This document shows, in pieces, positions 39,625-49,697 of a DNA stretch of 64,000 bases (its first letter is position 1; each line of letters starts with the position of its first letter). The notes below the pieces were generated by a model. It ran no database searches. It was not told where the DNA came from and was given only the letters and a program-made list of their open reading frames with translations. Made by a program: the position numbers and the translations under genes. The DNA lies in NCBI GenBank assembly GCA_963845755.1, contig CAWJTV010000031.1, positions 160,001 through 224,000 of the forward strand. Direction: 5' to 3'. This stretch comes from an uncultured Planctomycetota bacterium. GTDB lineage: Bacteria > Planctomycetota > Planctomycetia > Isosphaerales > Isosphaeraceae.

Positions 39625-42533
39625 ATGCGCTCGGCATCAAGGATGTACCTGCTGCTTTGCCTATTTGGTATGTCCGCAAACCCGGAAGTGACGATCGGTG
39701 ACGATGATCCTGCGGGTACTGAGAGCCAATCGTCGCGGGCCATGCCGATCCTGCGGGCGGCCTACCAGCGGGGCGGAACGGCTCGTGGGTTCTCGGTCCG
39801 CTGGATGGGCCAGGATGGACAGGACTACGTCGGCCCGAGCAACCGTCTGGAGCCCAGTGAGGTCCAGGACGTCCACCTGGCGCTCGGCGGCCTCAACCCG
39901 GCGCGGGCGGTAGTCTCCATCGACGTGCTGGCGCAAGGAGGCGACCAGTGGCAGTACAAGGAGCAGCCATCCTCGTGGAAGGCTGAATTGAGGCGGACTC
40001 GGGGCGCGACGACGGCGGACCTGTATCTTGAGCCGAGTCGTGCGGAGACCGGCCGCGTCTTCCACATCACGCTCCGCTACGATGATGGCTCGACGGTCGA
40101 GGCAGACGTCCGGTCGCGCCGGACCGATCCCGATCTGCGGATGCCGGGCACGGCACTCCAGGCACAATGGGTCGGACAAGGAGATAACGACCGGGTTGGG
40201 CCAGGGCCCTCGGTCGGTCCCGACGGGATCCCGGATGTCCGGATCCGGCTCAGCAAGCTGAGCGTGAAGGCGCCGATCCGGTCGATTCGCATCGACAGTC
40301 CCTCGGGATCCCACTGGGAGTTCGGGCCGAATCCCCAGCTTTTCTCCAATGCCGAACTGATCCGCGACGTCAAGGATCCGTCGCGAGGCGACCTCTTCCT
40401 CCAGCCCGAACAGGACCTGACCGGCCAGCGACTCAAGATCACGGTGTTCTACGCGAATGAGAAACGCGACGTGGCCACGGTCACCGGAGGCCGATTCGCG
40501 TCGAACGCTCCGTGTGACCCAGGCACCGCTACCGAAGATCGAGGAACAGTCGCTGAACGCGAAATGGCTGGGCCAGGACGGGGACAGCCGTTCGCGGATG
40601 GGCGACGTTCACGTCGTCCTGAGCGGGCTTTCCGCAACCGCCAAGCTGGGCGCCGTCGTGCTCACCGGATCGGTTCGCGGATTCTGGGTCTATCGCGAAA
40701 GCGAGCCGCGTCGCGGTCGCCGCCGACCCGCTGGCCGCGCCCTTGGAAGTCCGGGCTCGGCCCGATCGCACCTCGCTGGACCTGTTCTTCGCCCCTTGCC
40801 GCGACTCCCGGAAGGAGACGTTTAGCATACGACTGATCTGGACCGATGGCCTGATGACGTATGCGCGGTTCTCCGGTGGGCCGTGCGACCTCGGGCGTCG
40901 GGCGCCGTCGCCCGCCTCGACGCACGTCGATGCGCAACCCGGGGATGACCTTCAATCGCTCGTGGACGGTCACGGGACCATCGTCCTCACGCCGGGGACC
41001 TACCGGCTCATTCATCCCCTGGTGCTCAATCATCCGGTCACCCTCACCTCGCGCGGAAAAGCGACGCTCCTCTTTGCCCAGGATCGGTCCGATCCGCCGT
41101 GGACGACGGCCGTCAAGGTCCGCTGCGGCAATACGACCCTGGAGAAGTTTGCGGTCCGTTTCGAAGGGCCCGTGCGATGGAACCAGGAGGTGTCCTATGG
41201 TCCGGCGATCGTCGGGATGACCGATAACCTCGAACCGGGCTATGACGAGTCCAAGGTGAATGTGGTTTTCACCGGGCTCGACCTCGAGCAGCCCGATTCC
41301 GAGAACCCGTCCGGTCGGATCGTCGCCATCGGCCTGATGCGATTGGTCCACGCACAGTCCGGTGTGATCGCGAAGAATGTCCTCCGCGGTGGCACCATCG
41401 AGTTCTTCGACGGCCCCTGGCAGATCGTGGATAATGTGTTCCGCGGCACGCCTCCCGGCACGTTCTCATTCGGGTTCGCGTCGGGCCACAATGTCCACGA
41501 CATCGTGGTGCGCGGCAACCGTCTGAGTGCCCCGGCGCCCAGTGGGAAGACCTGGCGGTTCCTGACACTCACCGGGACGGGCGTGCAGGATCGGATCGAG
41601 CAAAACCTGGTGGAAGGGATCGGGGCGCACGACAACGATACCATCCCCCCGATGAACGCGCCGGAAATCATCCTGACCGAGGGCTACTTCCTCAAGTATG
41701 AAGGTAAAGTCCTCGCCACGTCGGTCAACCGCAAGGTCATCCGGGTCGGCCAGCCTCAGTGGGACATGGTTCGGACCGGCGACGTCATCTCGATCCTGTC
41801 GGGACCGGGGGCCGGGTCCTGGCGGCGCATCTCTCAGGCCATCGATGCCACGACGTTCCTCGTGGACGCGCCCATCCCGCTCGGGACCGAAGCGGTCTCC
41901 ATCTCGCAGGGGTTCGTCAACGAGGTGTTTGAGGCGAACACCATCGACATCCGGGGCGGCCGAGGATCCGATGGCCTGGTCTTCGCCGGCAACCACTTCG
42001 GCACTCGCGTCGTGAACAACCTCCTGCTCGGGGGCGGCCTGGCCTTCCGGATGATGGCCTGTCCGACCGAGCAACCCATGATCTGGGGCTGGTCGCACGC
42101 GCCGTTCCTCGGCGGCACGATCGAGAGGAACGTTTTGGAAGACTGCGAGCAGGGGGGAATCGTGGGCGTTGATCATTCGCAGTACATCAAGACGAACCAG
42201 GGTCGAACCTATATGAGCGTGGTGCTTCGCAAGAACATAGTGCGCTGGACCGAGCCGTTCCTGGCCCGGAGGGTGCGGTCTGACGCGAAGAAGCCGCTGA
42301 CGGGACTGACGGTCGGCTATCAACCCTCGAAAGATCCGGCTGAACTCCTCGTGACGGGCGAGGGAAATCGCCTGGATGCTCCCCGTGGATATGAGGACGC
42401 CCCGGCTCTGGTCGTCCATGCGGCCTTCTACAATTCCCATCGCATGGTCAATCGCCGGTTCAAGCTTTTGTCCGACCGAGCGGCGACTCCCGGCAAGCAG
42501 ACCTCGAATATCAAGGACGCGAGCCGGCGTTGA
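39625..42533 (+). CDS. Secreted protein: three repeated WxGQ(D)G domains plus a right-handed beta-helix region; frameshifts near 40500 and 40710
   Basis: GGAGG RBS and signal-like N-terminus; repeats RWMGQDGQD, QWVGQGDND and KWLGQDGDS each followed by DV(H/R)..L; then QPGDDLQSLV...LTPGTY and Asn-ladder repeats (I..N). Confidence 0.7.
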
Positions 42534-42572
42534 GATTGCACGGCTTCTGCGGTCCGACTGCGGAAAAACACG

Positions 42573-42857
42573 ATGAGCAAACCATCTCGGAAACGATCCT
42601 GTGGCCCGAAGAGTCCTGGAGATCCCCCGCGCGTCCCACCTGGTCCGGCCCCGCAAGGGGACGAACTCGTCATGGAGCGATATGGGCGCATCCGCGATCT
42701 GGACCGCTCATTCGATATCCAGTACTGGCAGCAGCAAGGACACGCAGCAATCTTCCGGGCGGCCTGGGAGTTGGTCGAGCTTTACTGGCGCACCCATGGT
42801 AGGGATCCGCATGAACTCCGACTTCAAAAATCTATTGAAAATTTTGAACGATTATAA
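42573..42857 (+). CDS. Small hypothetical protein; probable partner of the downstream nucleotidyltransferase
   Basis: DRSFDIQYWQ...IFRAAWELV...ELRLQKSI; overlaps the NTase-like start. The true start may be ATG 42672. Confidence 0.6.
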   Translation: MSKPSRKRSCGPKSPGDPPRVPPGPAPQGDELVMERYGRIRDLDRSFDIQYWQQQGHAAIFRAAWELVELYWRTHGRDPHELRLQKSIENFERL

Positions 42858-43123
42858 GGTCCATTACCTCGATATCTGGATTGAGGCTTCACCCAAGAAC
42901 GCCCGCGATCTTCAGAGCGCTCGAGAAATTCGGCGCTCCTCTCGTCAACCTGACAGAAGCCGACTTTGCCGCGAAAGGCTTCCTCTACCACACGGGGCGT
43001 CCGCCGTCCCGAATCGACGTCTTGATGTCGATCGGAGGCGTCGAGTTTGCCGATGCCTGGCCTGATCGAGTCAACATCAACTTCGATAGGGTCATCGGAC
43101 GTGTCATCTCGCGCAAGCATTAA
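42811..43123 (+). pseudogene. Degenerate nucleotidyltransferase (DUF6036/MNT-like)
   Basis: MNSDFKNLLKILNDYKVHYL-DIWIEASPKNA [frameshift] FRALEKFGAPL...GRPPSRIDVL. The GG...DxD segment expected between HYL and DIW is absent and the C-terminus is truncated. Confidence 0.65.
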
Positions 43124-43225
43124 CAGCTCCATCGCCGGACTGATTCGCCGCTTGCCCATTCGACTCGTTCGACTTAGACTCATCGTCTCGTCGAATCGAG
43201 CACCGGCACCTGGGGAGGCGGACGA

Positions 43226-44428
43226 ATGAGGCGACGTTGCAAGGTGATCGGCTGGCTGCTGACTCTCGGTGTCATCGTGTGTGACGGAGGAGAAAGGACG
43301 CTGGCCGTGCCACCAGGGCCGGAACGTGTTCACATCTTCCCTCCCGAGCCGAAGCACAACCACTCATCGTGCGTCGTCGAGACGGCCGACGGAAGCCTGC
43401 TCGCCACCTGGTATTCCGGCAGCGGCGAGAGGACTTCGGACGACGTGGTCATCCAGGGCGCGTGGCTCCGCAAGGGAAGCACGACCTGGGAGCCGCGCTT
43501 CCTCATGGCCGACACGCCGGGATATCCCGATTGCAACCCGGCGCTCTTCGCCGCGCCCGATGGATCGGTCTGGCTGTTCTGGCCCACCATCCTCGATCAC
43601 CGCTGGGAAGGGGCTCTGCTCAAGTACGCGCGCTGCGAACATCCTTCTCCCGATGCGGGCCCTCCGAAATGGACCTCGACCGGGGTCCTTCACGTTACGC
43701 CCAGGGACTTCGCCGCTGAAATGCAACGCGCGATTTCCACGGTCGGCGAGGAGGATAAGTCGAAGTACCGGCGTCTGCTCGATGGAGTGCAAACACGCTC
43801 CCGCGACGAGCTCTATCAGCGCCTCGGTTGGATGCCGCGCGTCCATCCGGTGGCGCTGCCGACCGGGCGCTGGATCCTTCCCCTGTATTCCGACACGTTC
43901 TCGGCGTCGATCATGGCGGTTTCGGACGATCGGGGCGCGACCTGGACGGCGAGCCGGCCCCTGATCGGCTTCGGCAATATCCAGCCCAGCCTCGTCCGCA
44001 AGAACGACGGTAGTTTGGTCGCCTTCATGCGCGATAATGGCCCCCATCGTCGAATCCGGCTGAGCACGTCCGCCGACGAGGGCGTCTCGTGGTCGGCCGT
44101 GACCGATTCCTCGTTTCCCAACCCGGGCGCGGGGATCGAAGCCATCCGGCTGGCGAGCGGTCGCTGGGCGCTGGTCTACAATGACACACCGTCCGGGAGG
44201 CACTCGCTGGCCATCTCGGTCTCCGACGATGAGGGAAAGACCTGGAAGTGGACGCGGCACCTGGAGCGTTTGCAGCCCGGCCAGGGGCAGTTCCATTACC
44301 CGTCGATGATCCAGTCCCGTGACGGAACGATCCACGTGACCTACACGCACAGGCCACGAGGGCAGGGGAGTACCATCGAGCACGCGCGAGTCAGCGAAGA
44401 TTGGCTCGTGTCGACCGATTCCGAATGA
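43226..44428 (+). CDS. BNR/Asp-box repeat sialidase-like protein, secreted
   Basis: Asp boxes SDDRGATW, SADEGVSW and SDDEGKTW; HYPS...IHVTYT; signal peptide. Confidence 0.88.
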   Translation: MRRRCKVIGWLLTLGVIVCDGGERTLAVPPGPERVHIFPPEPKHNHSSCVVETADGSLLATWYSGSGERTSDDVVIQGAWLRKGSTTWEPRFLMADTPGYPDCNPALFAAPDGSVWLFWPTILDHRWEGALLKYARCEHPSPDAGPPKWTSTGVLHVTPRDFAAEMQRAISTVGEEDKSKYRRLLDGVQTRSRDELYQRLGWMPRVHPVALPTGRWILPLYSDTFSASIMAVSDDRGATWTASRPLIGFGNIQPSLVRKNDGSLVAFMRDNGPHRRIRLSTSADEGVSWSAVTDSSFPNPGAGIEAIRLASGRWALVYNDTPSGRHSLAISVSDDEGKTWKWTRHLERLQPGQGQFHYPSMIQSRDGTIHVTYTHRPRGQGSTIEHARVSEDWLVSTDSE

Positions 44429-44473
44429 GTCCCAATCCCCAGTCGTACCGCATTCCGCCCGCCTGGAGTCCGG

Positions 44474-45802
44474 ATGCAGCAAGTCACCCCTGATTCTCGA
44501 CATTCCCGGCCGATCTCCGGAGCGGCTTATCCCTGGCTCGTCGTGGGGCTGCTCTGGTTTTGCGGGTTCTTCAATTATGCCGACCGGCAGGCGGTCAACT
44601 CGGTCTTCCCCCTGCTCAAGACCGAGTTCCAGCTCAATAACGAACAACTGGGATTGCTCGGCTCGGCGTTCATGTTCGTGTATGCGGTGGCCTCACCGTT
44701 CTCCGGATATACGGTGGACCGCCTATCCCGACGTCTGCTGATCGGCGTGGGCCTGGCGTTCTGGAGCCTGATCTGCGCGGCGACCGCAGTGTCAAGAAGC
44801 TTTGTCCAGTTGGTACTCTTCCGCGGGGCCGAGGGGCTGGGAGAAGCCTTCTACTTCCCAGCCTCGATGTCGGTCCTGGCCGATTATCATGGACCGAGGA
44901 CCCGCTCGCGCGCCATGAGCATCCACCAGACCAGCGTCTACCTCGGGACGGCCGGAGGTGCGGTCCTGGCGGGCTATCTGGGCGAGCATTACGGCTGGAG
45001 GTCACCATTCTGGACACTAGGTTTGGCCGGCCTGGCTTATGCGGTCTTCCTCGGGACCGTGTTGCGCGAACCGGCTCGCGACCATGCCAAGGAGAAGCCG
45101 AAGGCCCCGGCGCCGGGAGGCAACGAGTTCGACGAGTGGGATTCCCGGGCGGTCGCCTCCGGCACGCTGACGGAGAAAGTCAAGCGGATCGTGACAAACC
45201 CCGCAGCCGCCTTGCTCCTGACCGTCTTCGTCGGCGCCAATTTTGTCGCGGCGACCTTCCTCGCCTGGCTGCCTCTTTATATATTCGAAAAGTTCCGGAT
45301 GGGACTGGCCGATTCGTCCATGATCTCGACGACCTGGTCGCTGGCCAGCCTGTTCGGCGCGATTTGCGGGGGAGTGGCGGCCGACTGGGCCGCCCGTCGG
45401 TCGGCGGGCGGGCGTATCCTGATCCAGAGCCTCGGCCTGATCCTCGGCGCGCCGTTCGTTTTTCTCGCGGGACAGTCGCAATCCCTCCTCATGGTCAAAG
45501 CTTCACTGATCGGCGCCGGTCTATGCAAGGGGATTTACGATGCCAATATCTTCGCGTCGCTCTTCGATGTCGTCCCGCCCGAAGATCGGGGTACCGCCGC
45601 GGGCTTGATGAACACCGTGGGCTGGACTGGCGGTTTCCTCGCTCCCTGGGCGGTCGGCCGAGCATCCCAGGAATTCGGCCTGGGAGTGGCCATCGGATCG
45701 ACGGCCGCCGTGTATTTCCTCGTGGGGCTGCTGGCCTGGTTCGCCTCTCGCCTGGCCTTGGCCCGTAGCCGTTCACTTCCTTCCGACCATTCTCCGACCT
45801 GA
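44474..45802 (+). CDS. MFS transporter
   Basis: FNYADRQ, GYTVDRLSRR (motif A), about 12 TM segments. Confidence 0.92.
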   Translation: MQQVTPDSRHSRPISGAAYPWLVVGLLWFCGFFNYADRQAVNSVFPLLKTEFQLNNEQLGLLGSAFMFVYAVASPFSGYTVDRLSRRLLIGVGLAFWSLICAATAVSRSFVQLVLFRGAEGLGEAFYFPASMSVLADYHGPRTRSRAMSIHQTSVYLGTAGGAVLAGYLGEHYGWRSPFWTLGLAGLAYAVFLGTVLREPARDHAKEKPKAPAPGGNEFDEWDSRAVASGTLTEKVKRIVTNPAAALLLTVFVGANFVAATFLAWLPLYIFEKFRMGLADSSMISTTWSLASLFGAICGGVAADWAARRSAGGRILIQSLGLILGAPFVFLAGQSQSLLMVKASLIGAGLCKGIYDANIFASLFDVVPPEDRGTAAGLMNTVGWTGGFLAPWAVGRASQEFGLGVAIGSTAAVYFLVGLLAWFASRLALARSRSLPSDHSPT

Positions 45803-45816
45803 GAGGCCCTCCCCTC

Positions 45817-47493
45817 GTGAACCCTGCAGCCATGATTGATTCCCGACCCAGCTCCCGGTACGTCTGGGCCCACCGCGGTGATATCAACGCCTTCTCCGGT
45901 CTGATGCTCGACAACGTCGGCGGCCTGATCCTCATGGCCAGCTTGCTGGTCGGCTTCGGGCTGCCCCGACAGTTCGTGTTGACCCGAATGATACCGGGGA
46001 CGGCGGTCGGCGTCCTCGTGGGCGATCTGATCTTCACGGTCATGGCGTTCCGCCTGGCCCGTCGGACCGGCCGGGCCGACGTCACCGCCATGCCCCTGGG
46101 TCTCGACACGCCCAGCACCTTCGGCGCAGTGCTCTTCATCATCGGTCCATCCTATCTGGCGGCCCTCAATCGAGGACTCGAGCCCAATGCCGCAGCTTCA
46201 CATGCCTGGTTTATTGGCATCGCAATGTTGCTCGCCTCGGGAATTTTCAAGATTTTCTGTGCGCCCATGAGTGCTTGGGTTAGACGAATGGTTCCACGGG
46301 CAGGATTGCTCGGTTCGTTGGCGGCGATTGCGCTGGTTCTCATCAGTTTCTTGCCAATGCTGGACATTGCCGCTCAGCCCATCGCCGGCATGGTGGCACT
46401 TGGCTTGATGTTGGCCACCTTGACGGCTCGTTGGGAGCTTCCGAGGCGGTTTCCCGGGGCGCTGGGGGCGGTTGTGGTTGGTTGTATGGTGTACTACGCG
46501 ATCCGGTGGCTGGGATGGGATGGTGCGGGCGGGGCGGACATGGAGCGTCCCTCTCTGGCGCTTTGGGCCGTGTTACCGATGCCCGTTGATTCCTGGTGGA
46601 CGTGGTTCACGAACTCGTGGCGCGAGGCGGTGGGATACTTGCCGGTGGCGCTTCCACTGGCGCTCGCGACGGTGGTCGGGGGCATTGATTGCACGGAAAG
46701 CGCCGCGGCCGCGGGCGACGATTACCCCACGCGACAGATCATCGCCGTCGAAGGCATTGCGACGCTGATCGGGGCGCTCTTCGGGGGGGTGATCCAGACC
46801 ACACCGTACATCGGCCATCCCGCGTACAAGGCAATGGGTGCGCGGGCCGCGTATACGCTGGCGACCGCCCTGTTCGTGGGGGCCGCGGGGATCTTCGGAT
46901 TCTTCGACTGGATCTTCTTCATCATCCCGAAGCCGGTGATCTTCCCGATCCTGATTTTCATCGGCCTGGAGATCACGTCCCAATCGTTCCAGGCCACGCC
47001 CCCCCGCCATTATCCCGCCGTGGCGATGGCCTGCATTCCCGCGCTCGCGTACCTGGCCTCGCTGGCGCTGAACCGGCTCCTCCCTGCTCTGGGCACGTCG
47101 TTCGCTCAGCTCCCTCCGGACCTCCAGCAATGGATCCAGACCATCATGATCGTGGCCGGGGGCGGCACCTTCATCGTGACGAGCCTCTTATGGTCCACCG
47201 CACTGGCGCATCTGATCGACGGCCGGATTCGAGCCACCGCGGCAACGCTGTTGCTGGGTGCGGTCTTCTCCTGGTTTGGCATCATCCACTCGCCACTGCC
47301 GTCGAGTCCGATCCTGTTCCCAACGGAGGTCTTGCGCCGGTTGGAGGCCGATGGCAAGGCGGAGGCGACCGCCCGGCAGACCCCCTATCACTGGTCGGCG
47401 GCCTATCTCTTGACCGCCATCGCGCTCCTGACCCTGGGCCAATTCGGGACGGCCCCGCGCAACGCCCACCTTGGATCCCTCAAGTCCGAGTGA
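45817..47493 (+). CDS. NCS2/AzgA-like permease
   Basis: GDINAFSGLMLDN, TAMPLGLDTPS, ESAAAAGDDY, TTPYIGHPAYKAMG; many TM segments. Confidence 0.85.
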   Translation: MNPAAMIDSRPSSRYVWAHRGDINAFSGLMLDNVGGLILMASLLVGFGLPRQFVLTRMIPGTAVGVLVGDLIFTVMAFRLARRTGRADVTAMPLGLDTPSTFGAVLFIIGPSYLAALNRGLEPNAAASHAWFIGIAMLLASGIFKIFCAPMSAWVRRMVPRAGLLGSLAAIALVLISFLPMLDIAAQPIAGMVALGLMLATLTARWELPRRFPGALGAVVVGCMVYYAIRWLGWDGAGGADMERPSLALWAVLPMPVDSWWTWFTNSWREAVGYLPVALPLALATVVGGIDCTESAAAAGDDYPTRQIIAVEGIATLIGALFGGVIQTTPYIGHPAYKAMGARAAYTLATALFVGAAGIFGFFDWIFFIIPKPVIFPILIFIGLEITSQSFQATPPRHYPAVAMACIPALAYLASLALNRLLPALGTSFAQLPPDLQQWIQTIMIVAGGGTFIVTSLLWSTALAHLIDGRIRATAATLLLGAVFSWFGIIHSPLPSSPILFPTEVLRRLEADGKAEATARQTPYHWSAAYLLTAIALLTLGQFGTAPRNAHLGSLKSE

Positions 47494-47904
47494 GGTCTCG
47501 GGGAATGGTGGGCACCGATGTATCCCCTCAACGCCACGATCGCTCGGGGTGAGCTATAGACGGCGCTCCGGTGGCGATATACCCTAATCTTCAGACACGG
47601 GATTGTCGTCGATACGCCAAAGGTCGCGTCTCCGTCGGTCTGGTACAAGAGTTGCCATCCTCTCTGGATGCAACGCCCACCGTCGCCCGGACCTCGACCT
47701 CGAATTCTCTCGTGCGAGTCGATCGCTCGACGACAATTCCCGGATCGGTTCGACCCATCCCCACGACCGAGAAGCGCGGCGCTCCCGGTCGGGGAGGACC
47801 TCCGAGGAGTCCATTGGCTTTCAGAGGGCTCGGTTCGTACGACTCTTCCGTAGGGTGGAGTGCCCGACTGTTCGATCGTCATGGAACTGTGAGACCGGCT
47901 CGTC

Positions 47905-49676
47905 ATGCATAAGGGAATCGGGGTGAGTCCTGGCGTCGTGGTGGGCGTGGCACACCGCGTGGAGTCGGTCCTCGGCGCGCTCGAACAGCAAGCCCTGGAC
48001 GATCCCAGCCAGTTTCCCGCCGAGATCGACCGTTTCGACCAGGCCGTCGCCGAGTCGGCGGCCGATCTGGAAGCCCAGGTCCAGAAGGTCGCCCAGGAAC
48101 TCGGCGAGTCCGAGGCCGAGATCTTCAAAGGGCATTTGCAGATCGTCAACGATCCGGCCCTGCTCTCGCGGGTCCATGATTTCATCGAAAACAAGAATCT
48201 GACCGCCCTCTCGGCCCTTCAGGCCGTGATGCACAGCTACGCTGCGCAGTTCGCGCGGATCGAGCAGGATTATTTCCGGGAGCGCATGGCCGACGTCCGC
48301 GACGTGATCCTGCGTATCGGCTCGCACCTGACTCGGAAGCCCTCCGCCCACTCCGCCGATGCGGCCTGCGAATCGCGGAATGGCGACGAGTCCGTGATCC
48401 TGGTGGCGCACGAGCTGCTCCCCAGCCAGGCCATGAGCCTGGGCGACCTGCCCATCGCGGGGATCGTCACCGAGGTCGGTGGTTCCACCAGTCATGCGGC
48501 GATCCTGGCCCGCAGTCGAGGCATCCCGGCGGTCTCCGGCGTCGACAACATCATGACCCAGGTCCGCAGCGGCGATCTGATGATCGTCGACGGCCGCGAC
48601 GGCATGGTGATTCTCCGGCCGGATCAGGAGGCGACCTCGGCGTATCGCAAGGTCCAGCGCGAGTTCTTCAACATCAAGGACAGCCTGGTCGCCAACCGCG
48701 ATAAGCCGTCACTCAGCGCCGACGGGACCCGCATCGAACTGCTGGCGAACATCAACAATCTGGCCGATGCCCAATCCGCCCACAAGGTGGGTGCCACCGG
48801 GGTCGGGCTCTTCCGCACCGAGTACCTGTTCCTCACCCACCACGACGTCCCCGGGGAAGAGGAACAGCACGAGTATTACAAGCAGATCATTCTCAACGCG
48901 CCCAATCGGACCATCACCATCCGTACCCTCGATCTCGGCGGCGACAAGACGGTGGCCTACCTGGGGCGGCGGAGCGAGCCGAATCCCTTCATGGGTTGGC
49001 GCTCCACCCGGATCTTCTTCGAGAATTCCAAGCTGTTCGTCACGCAGATCCGGGCGATCCTGCGCGCAGCCGTCACGGACATGTGTCGATGCTCTTTCCG
49101 ATGATCACGAACCTGGAAGAGCTGCTCTTCGTGAACAAGCTGGTCAAGGAGACGCGGAGCAATTTGAAACGGGAGGGCGTACCTTTCGGCGACGACGTCA
49201 AGACGGGGGTGATGGTGGAAGTCCCCGCGGCCGCGATCTGCATCGACGCGATCCTGCGAGAGACCGACTTCATCTCGGTCGGCTCGAACGACCTGATCCA
49301 GTATCTCGTGGCCGCGGATCGGGATAACCCCAAGGTCGCGCATCTCTGCGAGTCGCTCAACCCGGCGATCTTCCGCGTGCTCCAGATCGTGCTGGCCGCC
49401 TGCCAGCGGACCGGCACGCCCGTGACCCTCTGCGGCGAGATGGCCGGCCAGCCCCGTTCCGTCCTAGTGCTCTTCGGCATGGGCCTGCGCCGCTTCAGCA
49501 TGAGCCCCGCGTTCATCCCCACCATCAAGGCACTGCTCGCCTCGGTCACCACCGCGCAGGCCGAACGCTATGCCCACCACGTCCTCCAACTGAATACCAA
49601 CGAGGAGATCCGAACCTACCTGACGGCCCGGCTCCATGAAGTCTCCAGCACGGTGGAGATGCTCGACACGGCCTAG
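47905..49676 (+). CDS. ptsI: PEP-protein phosphotransferase (PTS enzyme I); frameshift near 49070
   Basis: KGIGVSPG, GGSTSHAAILARS (phospho-His), GVGLFRTEYL, RTLDLGGDK, MVEVPAA, SVGSNDLIQY, CGEMAG. Confidence 0.93.
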
Positions 49677-49697
49677 ACCCCGGAGAAGCTCTTCGCC

